From the NCBI GenBank assembly GCA_934725685.1, contig CAKVBX010000001.1, positions 7,753 through 71,752 of the forward strand: 64,000 nt of DNA, given 5' to 3'. The notes beneath the pieces are model-generated. The model searched no databases. It worked only from the letters and a program-made list of their open reading frames with translations, and was not told where the DNA came from. This document shows positions 9,016-16,376 of this stretch, in pieces; position 1 is the first letter of the stretch, and each line of letters opens with the position of its first letter. The DNA is from an uncultured Bacilli bacterium (GTDB taxonomy: Bacteria; Bacillota_I; Bacilli_A; RFN20; CAG-288). The position numbers and the translations under genes were made by a program.

Positions 9016-10676
9016 AAAAACAGTCCTTTTTCTCCCTTATCAAAGGGATGCTGAGACTCGTCAAAGGAAAACATTATCTGATTGTTATCGCCGTCGTTGT
9101 TGGAACGCTCGGTTTCCTTTCCTCCATGGGAATCACCTTCTTCGCAGCACTCACACTGCTGAAGCTCTTCTCTGCGGATACCATATCCCTCTCTTACCCT
9201 GTGTTGATCTCACTCTTATTGGTATCCGGACTCTTCCGAGGATTCCTGCGTTATGCCGAACAGTATCTGAACCATTACATCGCCTTCACGCTATTAGCCT
9301 TAGTCAGAAACAATGTCTTCAACGCCCTCCGAAAACAGGGAAGCAAAGTCCTCGATGAGAAAAGCAGAGGAGAACTCCTGTCCATACTTCAGTCCGATAC
9401 GGAAAGCCTGGAAGTCTTCTATGCCCATACCATCACGCCGTTCTTCATCGCCATTTGCACCGAACTCGTCGTCCTTGTCCTCTTGGGTGTTCTTGTCAGT
9501 TACCAAGTTTCCCTCATGGCCTTAGCTTCCTATCTTGTCATCGGCGCCATAACTCCTGTCCTCTTCTATCTTTCCAACCGGAAACTCGGCATGGCCTACC
9601 GGAAAGAACTCGCCAAGAGCGAAAACCACTATCTGAATACCTGTTACGGAATCCGGGAAATCCTCTTCTTCCAGAAAGAAGAGGAAGAAGCAGAAGCCTT
9701 GAACAATACGACAAAAAACATCAACGAACTCAACAGAAAACTCAATGACCGGGCCCTTGTGTTCTCTTCCGCCGTGAGCTTCCTCATCCTCTTCTTCAAT
9801 GCCATGATGATTCTTGTCTCCTTCCTACTGAGTCAGAAAGGAATCATCCCCGAAGTCCGTACAATCCTTTCCTACATGATACTAGCGACCTCCTATGGAC
9901 CGGTCGTCAGTCTCAGCAACCTTCCGAGCAACCTCACCATGTCCTTCGCTTCCGAAAAACGGATTGAAGCCATCCTCTCCGAGAAGCCAAAGGCGATAGA
10001 CGGAAACGAAGACTTCTCCTTCGAATCCCTTGATGTTAACCATGTCGCCTTCTCCTATGACAGCAAGAAAGAACTGCTTTCGGACGTTTCCTTCTCCATC
10101 AGAAAAGGAGAAATTCTCGGCATCGAGGGAAAGAGCGGATGCGGAAAATCGACCCTGTTCAAACTCCTCCTTCACTTTGAGGATCCGACAGGCGGCGAAG
10201 TCCTCTACAATGGAAAAGCAGTCCAGAACTATTCCAGAGAGAGTCTCAGCCACAATGTCACTCTATTCTCCCAGAATACCTATCTGTTCTCAGAGACTCT
10301 CCGCTACAATCTCCTGATTGCAAAACCGGATGCGACAGAAGAAGAACTGAAGACTGCCCTCAAGAAAGCCGGCATGCTCGATAAAATCCTCTCTCTCAGC
10401 AAGGGGCTCGATACCGAAGTGAAAGATCTCGGCGAAAACTTCTCCTCCGGAGAAAGGCAGCGCATCGGCTTAGCCCGTGTCTTCCTATCCTCCAGTCCCG
10501 TCATCCTGCTCGATGAAGCGACCAGCAATGTCGACTCCTATAACGAAAGCCTGATTCTCAGTCAGCTGAAGAAAGAGAAAAGCGAGAAGGCAATCATCCT
10601 GATTTCCCACCGCATGACGAGTCTCTCCATCGCTGACAGAATCCTTCACTTAAAGGATGGTAAATTATGTTCCTGA
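9012..10676 (+). CDS. ABC transporter fused permease/ATP-binding protein (exporter half, CydC-like)
   Basis: Start MKKQSFF with RBS GGGAGGAG; overlaps the previous stop by 4 nt. Walker A GIEGKSGCGKSTL, signature SSGERQRIGLAR, Walker B ILLDEATSNVD, H-loop ISHRM. Confidence 0.8.
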   Translation: MKKQSFFSLIKGMLRLVKGKHYLIVIAVVVGTLGFLSSMGITFFAALTLLKLFSADTISLSYPVLISLLLVSGLFRGFLRYAEQYLNHYIAFTLLALVRNNVFNALRKQGSKVLDEKSRGELLSILQSDTESLEVFYAHTITPFFIAICTELVVLVLLGVLVSYQVSLMALASYLVIGAITPVLFYLSNRKLGMAYRKELAKSENHYLNTCYGIREILFFQKEEEEAEALNNTTKNINELNRKLNDRALVFSSAVSFLILFFNAMMILVSFLLSQKGIIPEVRTILSYMILATSYGPVVSLSNLPSNLTMSFASEKRIEAILSEKPKAIDGNEDFSFESLDVNHVAFSYDSKKELLSDVSFSIRKGEILGIEGKSGCGKSTLFKLLLHFEDPTGGEVLYNGKAVQNYSRESLSHNVTLFSQNTYLFSETLRYNLLIAKPDATEEELKTALKKAGMLDKILSLSKGLDTEVKDLGENFSSGERQRIGLARVFLSSSPVILLDEATSNVDSYNESLILSQLKKEKSEKAIILISHRMTSLSIADRILHLKDGKLCS

Positions 10677-10783
10677 TTGATTTCACCGACCACAGAGTCA
10701 TCGCCATCACCATCGCCTTAACAATTGCACTCCTCTCCATCCTCATCATCTTCATCCGCTTTCTTGTACGAAGTAAGAAATAA
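10667..10783 (+). CDS. predicted 39-aa single-TM peptide (MFLIDFTDHRVIAITIALTIALLSILIIFIRFLVRSKK)
   Basis: Too short for the track. The ATG overlaps the ABC stop (ATGTTCCTGATTGA). RBS AAGGATGG 8 nt upstream. Hydrophobic core plus C-terminal basic tail, followed immediately by a terminator. Confidence 0.35.
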   Translation: MFLIDFTDHRVIAITIALTIALLSILIIFIRFLVRSKK

Positions 10784-10826
10784 AGCAAAAAGCACTGGAC
10801 TATTGTTGTCCAATGCTTTTTGCTTT
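10784..10826. terminator. bidirectional rho-independent terminator between convergent operons
   Basis: AGCAAAAAGCACTGGAC-TATTGT-TGTCCAATGCTTTTTGCT with an A-run before and a T-run after. Confidence 0.7.
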
Positions 10827-10846
10827 ACCGATTTTAGATATTAGAA

Positions 10847-11650
10847 TCAAAGTTGGCGCAGAATCCTCATCACGCCATCGTCGTCGTTGTTCGAAGTTTC
10901 CATCGTGCAGACCGCCTTCACCTGAGGATGTGCGTTTTCCATAGCAACGGAATATTTCACCGCCTTCAGCATGCCGATATCATTGAGATAATCCCCGAAG
11001 GCCATACTCTCCTCCCTGGTGATTGAAAACCGCTTTTGTATTTCTTTGATTCCGACTCCTTTGTCGGCATCAAAAGAGGCGATATCGACCCAGCTCTTTC
11101 CGGAGAGTACCGTCTTCACCGAGCTAGGGAGAGCCTTGAATTCCGGATAATGACGCTCCGCACTCTGATTGCGGAAATAGACGGCGATCTTAATAATACG
11201 GTCCGTCTTCATGACCGAAGCAAAATCAGAGATGTAACTGAGCCTTGCATAATACCTTCCCGCCTCTCTTTTCTCTTCCTCCCCCGGATTGATCATATAA
11301 GCGGAATCGACACCGCAAAGAATTGCGGTCGCCTCTTCGATGGAAGAGATAAGTGCCAAGGAAGTAAGAATATCTTCCTCCTTCATCTGATTGAAGTATA
11401 GAAGTTTTCCTTTTTCGTAGACGGCCGAACCATTCTCGGCGATGAAGATCAGCTCTTCCTTCAGATCGGAAAAGTCCCGTTCCAGAGCATAATACTGTCT
11501 TCCGCTTGCGATGGCCGTTTTGATGTTCGGATGGGATTCCACCCAATTGCGGAAATCGGAAGGAACTCTCTTTTCGGAATCCAAAAGCGTTCCATCCATA
11601 TCTGTGGCGACAAATCGGACCGCCCCTCTCCAGTCATCCTTCTTTTCCAT
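10847..11650 (-). CDS. Cof-type HAD-IIB phosphatase
   Basis: FVATDMDGTLL (motif I) and MAFGDYLNDIGMLK (motif IV). Start chosen at the internal ATG (MEKKDD) with AAGGAG 10 nt upstream; the track ORF begins at a GTG 7 codons earlier. Confidence 0.75.
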   Translation of the reverse strand: MEKKDDWRGAVRFVATDMDGTLLDSEKRVPSDFRNWVESHPNIKTAIASGRQYYALERDFSDLKEELIFIAENGSAVYEKGKLLYFNQMKEEDILTSLALISSIEEATAILCGVDSAYMINPGEEEKREAGRYYARLSYISDFASVMKTDRIIKIAVYFRNQSAERHYPEFKALPSSVKTVLSGKSWVDIASFDADKGVGIKEIQKRFSITREESMAFGDYLNDIGMLKAVKYSVAMENAHPQVKAVCTMETSNNDDDGVMRILRQL

Positions 11651-11677
11651 GAATGCTGTTCTCCTTTCCACCAGGAT

Positions 11678-12193
11678 TCAGACCAGGCTTCCTTCCACTT
11701 TCGACGTCATCGGTTCATACACGTTCCGGTAGTCGATGACAACCGTCAGAGTCGCAACCGGCGCTTTTCCGCCATCGAGCGGCTTGCAGTTGATTTTAAC
11801 CGCCTGGAATTTCTTATGGACATTCTTCTTCACCATGAAGGCGCCGCGAAACTTTGCTCCCTCGTTATCCAAAGGAAAGTCGAGGAAGGGCTTATAGGAT
11901 TCGTCGAAATAATAGACAAAACTTCTGTCCGTCGCATTTTCAGGAAGGACAATCGTGCTGAAAATATAGGGCATATAGTAATTGCCGTCATAGTAGACTT
12001 CCTGTTCCTCGTCATAGACGAGCACCATCTTGTTCTGTGTCTCATCGTACTGACTGTTGTCGCTCGGTTTGATCTGAATGGATTCCATATAGATTTTCGG
12101 AACGATACCCTGCGGCTTGGTGCCGAAAATGGCGACAAAGACAATGGCTAGGAGAGAGACGGCAAAGACGATAAGAGAGACCGATTTTTTCAT
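11678..12193 (-). CDS. small membrane-anchored extracytoplasmic protein, unknown function
   Basis: N-terminal TM (SLIVFAVSLLAIVFVAIF) then a ~140-aa Tyr/Asp-rich domain. Start overlaps the stop of the upstream gene. Confidence 0.5.
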   Translation of the reverse strand: MKKSVSLIVFAVSLLAIVFVAIFGTKPQGIVPKIYMESIQIKPSDNSQYDETQNKMVLVYDEEQEVYYDGNYYMPYIFSTIVLPENATDRSFVYYFDESYKPFLDFPLDNEGAKFRGAFMVKKNVHKKFQAVKINCKPLDGGKAPVATLTVVIDYRNVYEPMTSKVEGSLV

Positions 12194-13917
12194 AGACTGT
12201 CTCCTTTCGCATAGACATAACGGATTCTTTCGATATAAAGATAGATATTGACACCCAAGAAGAGAAAACCAAGCAGGAGCAGCTTGAAGCTTGCCGTTCT
12301 CTGAATGGAAGCAATCCAGATAATGGGATCGAAACTGAAAAGATAGAAAAGCACACTGAACAGAGCGCTGAGAAGAAATGCGAAAATAATGGAGCGGTTT
12401 TCATTCCCGGAGAGGAAGGAAACATCGCCGAAAGAGGTCTGCGGATTCGAGAAATCCAGAGAGGCACTATAGAGAAGATGACCTAATGCGATAAAGAGAA
12501 TGCCACCTCCTAAAAGCAGATTCTCTGTGAACAGATCCTTTCTCATCGTGGCGATGATGAGATAGGAAGTAATGACGCTTAAAGAAGTGAGAATCAGAGG
12601 AAGAACAATCTTGCTGGTGATAAGAATTCCTCTTTTCACCGGATAGGTTCTTGCGAGACGGAAAGCACCGCCCTCTTTGGAATAGATTTTTGCCATTCTG
12701 CTGTTGGAGGAAAGGACAATGAGAAGCGTGATAAGAAGCATGGCAACCTGAACATAGGATAGGCCTCGTTTGTTGAGATCCATCGCCATGAACACTTTGG
12801 AGATGAGGGCAAGAAGCAAAGGAAGATAGAAGAAGAGACTCATATAGGAGATGAGTTCGCTATCCTTCAGGAAGAGAAGAGCTTCCTTTCTCAGCTGCGA
12901 GAGGAAGAGAGATCTCACTTTTTCGTGATGATGTCCCTTGTGGACCTTCCCCTGAATCTCATCGTTACCGCTAGCCAGTCTCAGATAGAAAGGAGAGGCG
13001 AGGGAAAGGGAGAGAAGAAAAAGAATCGGAAGAGAGACAAGGACACCGATGCAGGTGTAAAGTCCGCCGGCAGCCGGCCCATAGAAATAATTGAAGGTAT
13101 AACCGGTATAATAGCCGAGGCAGAATTTCGAAGTTTCAAAGAAGAAGGAGAGATGGTTGGTATAAAACTTGAGTCCATCCTGAATCCGGTTAAAATATGG
13201 GCTCCAGTTGGTGAAGATATCGATTTTCTCCGGAATGATGGAGATAAGCCAAGCAGAAGCCGAAACAATCAAAAGGGTGAAGACAACCGTCAGGATGCTC
13301 TTCATATGGGTGTGGACAAGAAGATATCGCCTCATGTAGTAGACAGGGATGGAAAGAAGGGCGGAACCGAAGACAAAGAGAAGGTCGATGGAAAGGAAGA
13401 CGAAGAAGAGAAGGAAGTACATGAAGACCGGATATTTCGAGACGATGAAGTATCCTAAAAGAAAAGGAATCTCAAGGGTCAGGGATTTCAGATACGTATT
13501 GAGGAAGGAGACGGCAAGACGCGTCAGAAAGAGCGTGTTACCGTTAGCAGGGAAGGTGAGAAGCACTTTGTTGTCTTCCGAAAAATAAAGATCCCTGTCG
13601 ACACGGAAGAGGCAGTTGCCAAATGAGACGATCAGAAGGATGGAAAGGACGATGGAAGGAACCGACATCGGAACATAAGGGAGTAAGGAAAATAGGCTCA
13701 GCTGGATACAGACTTTGAAGACCACAAAAGAAATGGCAGTCGCCAAAGCAAAGCCGATGACACGGAGAAGAATATTGATGATACTCTTTTTTCTGTTTCC
13801 TTTGAAATCGATGGAAAGGGAATTGGCAAGAAGCATGGAAAGCAGAATGAAGAAAGCTCTCCATTCAATATGGAAGAATCTGCTCAGCCGATTCCGTTTT
13901 GTTTTCTCTTCGCTCAT
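12190..13917 (-). CDS. polytopic membrane protein (~12 TM), putative permease partner
   Basis: 575 aa, hydrophobic throughout. ATGA start/stop overlap with the upstream ABC-fusion gene. Confidence 0.55.
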   Translation of the reverse strand: MSEEKTKRNRLSRFFHIEWRAFFILLSMLLANSLSIDFKGNRKKSIINILLRVIGFALATAISFVVFKVCIQLSLFSLLPYVPMSVPSIVLSILLIVSFGNCLFRVDRDLYFSEDNKVLLTFPANGNTLFLTRLAVSFLNTYLKSLTLEIPFLLGYFIVSKYPVFMYFLLFFVFLSIDLLFVFGSALLSIPVYYMRRYLLVHTHMKSILTVVFTLLIVSASAWLISIIPEKIDIFTNWSPYFNRIQDGLKFYTNHLSFFFETSKFCLGYYTGYTFNYFYGPAAGGLYTCIGVLVSLPILFLLSLSLASPFYLRLASGNDEIQGKVHKGHHHEKVRSLFLSQLRKEALLFLKDSELISYMSLFFYLPLLLALISKVFMAMDLNKRGLSYVQVAMLLITLLIVLSSNSRMAKIYSKEGGAFRLARTYPVKRGILITSKIVLPLILTSLSVITSYLIIATMRKDLFTENLLLGGGILFIALGHLLYSASLDFSNPQTSFGDVSFLSGNENRSIIFAFLLSALFSVLFYLFSFDPIIWIASIQRTASFKLLLLGFLFLGVNIYLYIERIRYVYAKGDSL

Positions 13918-16373
13918 GCTATAACCTCTTCTTCTTTCAGAAGGGCATTCTTTTCCTCTTCCGTATCGGAAGTGAGGACAAGGAAGTCACGTTCGAGACT
14001 CTCTCTTCGTTCCGGATGTTCGTCGAGATCGATTTCCTCGACGAGCTTTCCGTGTTTGATGATAATGACATCGTCACAGAGATTCTTCACGACATCGATG
14101 ATGTGACTTGAGAAAAAGACGATATTGCCTTTCTTCCCCTGTTCCTTCATGCACTCCTTGATCTGGAAAATACTGTTCGGATCAAGACCGGTCATCGGCT
14201 CATCGAGAATCCAGACCTTCGGTTCATGGATCAAAGCCGCAATAATCGTGATTTTTTGCTTCATACCATGGCTATAGGTCTTCATCGGACGATCATAACG
14301 GGCTGCAAGTTCCAAACGTTCGACGAGGTTCTTTTCCCGTTTTTCTCTGTCTTCCTTGCTCACACCGAAGAGGTCAGCGATATAACCGATATACTGTCTT
14401 CCGGTGAGATTCTCATATAGAGCATAATTATCCGGGACAAAGCCGATATCCCGCTTCGCTTCCAGGGCATTCTCGATGACATTGTTTCCGCAGACTTCGA
14501 TGGTTCCCTTTTCAAAACCATGAATACCGACGATGGATTTGATGATGGTCGATTTTCCGGCGCCGTTCTTCCCTAAGAAGCCGTAGATTCTGCCACCGCC
14601 CAGGGAGAGGGAGAAATCTTCAACGGCATAGTTTTCTGCGCCATTGTACTTCTTATAGAGATGACTGATTTTCAGACTGATGTCATTTTCTTCCATAGCA
14701 GTTTTCCCCTTTCTGTGCTTCAGATAATAATGATGCTGTTTCCGATTTTCATTCTTCAGATGCATCAATAGTTCCGTCTCATCCACCATACGGAAGAGCA
14801 GTTCATAAATGAACCACATTCCGAAAGCCAATAAGATATAGACACCATAGTAGACGATATCGTAAAGCAGATGGATTTCGTATGTGTATTCACCGATGGT
14901 CAGCATGACTTTCAGATTGAAGAGGTCTTTGGCCCACTTTCCGAGTTTACCGGCAACAAAGTCTGAATTGATGAAAAAGAAATCGGAAGGAGTACCATGG
15001 GCAGTCAAATAGACATTGACGAACATGACAAAGGCAAAATAGATAAGGAAGCCGATCTGAGAGTAGAGGAAATACTTCATCTTCGGGCGTTGATAAACTT
15101 TCAGAAGAACAATCAGTACCGGCATGAAGAAGGCGAAGAGATGATTGATATAAAAGTGCATGACAATCGGATGGAAGAGCGTGTAGTTGGTAGAGAAGTT
15201 CGGCATCAGCAATGCCAGGAAAGCACCGAGAACATTGATGAAGAAGGTGAAGTAATAAAGGCCATAGCTTTTGAACATCAGCGTAATCGGCATCGTGTAC
15301 ATGGCGGTATTGCAGAGGTGCAAAGGCCAAGTGGAGAAATCCTTCCAGATATCGAAACGGTTGACCGAAATATAGCCGATAAAGGTGCCCAAGGAGAGCT
15401 GAAGTAGACAGGCTCTCCGCTCCTTTTCCGGCAAAGTCGAAAAAGTTAGATAGAAATAGATTGGGAGTAAGAAAGCCAGATAGAGGAAAAGACGATGGGA
15501 AAGATTGGTCGGTTCATGCGGATTCGTCAGGCCGAAGATTGTCGGGCCGAGAATCAGAGACGGCGTATAGGAGCTCATAGAGGAAAAGAGATAAGGAACT
15601 GCCATAACAAGAAGCGCTTTTACCTTCTTATTGGAGATTTTCAGTTCCTCCTTTTCAAGATAGGAAGATAAGGAATACAAAACCAAAAGTCCAAGTTCAA
15701 CGCCCATCAGATAAAGTCTGTAATCGGATGCATTCCCGCCGACAATCCCTTTGACCGCAACGGGGAAAGCACTGACAAGAAGCAAGGAAACGGGACTGAG
15801 AAGATATCTCCGGAAGGAAAGGGACATATCCCCCATAAAGAAGGAAGCGATAAAAGCACCGATAGTCGAGGTAATCAAAAGATCATTGAATACCGTGGAG
15901 AAACTCCGGAAAAGGTGTGACCTCGTAAGGGACGAAGAGAGGCGGTCACAGATCAGATAGCTTTCCAAATTCAATGCATCATAGAACTTATAGTAATAGC
16001 TGTTTCCATCGATGAGATAATAGGTTTCTGACTGATAGAAGTAATAGCGCCCGAAAAAGACAACAATTCCAAGAAGAGGAAGCAAGGAGAAAGCAAAGCG
16101 GATTCTCCCTTCTTTGGTCGCCAGCCGGCAGGAGAGATTGGTCATCCACTGATAACGATGACTTTTTGCCTGTTTGTCTTTAAAAAGACGATACAGAACA
16201 TATGTCAGGAAAGCAAAAAACAGCATGGTCAATCCCAGTGGGAGATAGACCATGCTATAAGGCCTCATGTCAGTAATGGCCAGAGAAACAATCAGGCCAA
16301 GGAAAAACAGAGAAAGAAAGGAAAGGAGGACAAAGAGGATTCTGCCGTTTTTCTTCAGAGTCTTAAGAGCCAT
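13914..16373 (-). CDS. fusion protein: N-terminal ~560-aa polytopic membrane domain + C-terminal ABC ATP-binding domain
   Basis: Single uninterrupted 819-aa ORF. The C-terminus holds a canonical ABC domain: Walker A GFLGKNGAGKST, Q-loop, signature YSHGMKQKITII, Walker B VWILDEPMTGLD, H-loop FFSSHI. The NBD begins at an internal Met (MEENDISLKISHLYKKYNG), typical of ABC-2-type ATPases. The N-terminal domain has >10 predicted TM helices and a His/Cys motif WPLHLCNTAMYTMP. Confidence 0.6.
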   Translation of the reverse strand: MALKTLKKNGRILFVLLSFLSLFFLGLIVSLAITDMRPYSMVYLPLGLTMLFFAFLTYVLYRLFKDKQAKSHRYQWMTNLSCRLATKEGRIRFAFSLLPLLGIVVFFGRYYFYQSETYYLIDGNSYYYKFYDALNLESYLICDRLSSSLTRSHLFRSFSTVFNDLLITSTIGAFIASFFMGDMSLSFRRYLLSPVSLLLVSAFPVAVKGIVGGNASDYRLYLMGVELGLLVLYSLSSYLEKEELKISNKKVKALLVMAVPYLFSSMSSYTPSLILGPTIFGLTNPHEPTNLSHRLFLYLAFLLPIYFYLTFSTLPEKERRACLLQLSLGTFIGYISVNRFDIWKDFSTWPLHLCNTAMYTMPITLMFKSYGLYYFTFFINVLGAFLALLMPNFSTNYTLFHPIVMHFYINHLFAFFMPVLIVLLKVYQRPKMKYFLYSQIGFLIYFAFVMFVNVYLTAHGTPSDFFFINSDFVAGKLGKWAKDLFNLKVMLTIGEYTYEIHLLYDIVYYGVYILLAFGMWFIYELLFRMVDETELLMHLKNENRKQHHYYLKHRKGKTAMEENDISLKISHLYKKYNGAENYAVEDFSLSLGGGRIYGFLGKNGAGKSTIIKSIVGIHGFEKGTIEVCGNNVIENALEAKRDIGFVPDNYALYENLTGRQYIGYIADLFGVSKEDREKREKNLVERLELAARYDRPMKTYSHGMKQKITIIAALIHEPKVWILDEPMTGLDPNSIFQIKECMKEQGKKGNIVFFSSHIIDVVKNLCDDVIIIKHGKLVEEIDLDEHPERRESLERDFLVLTSDTEEEKNALLKEEEVIA

Positions 16374-16376
16374 AAA

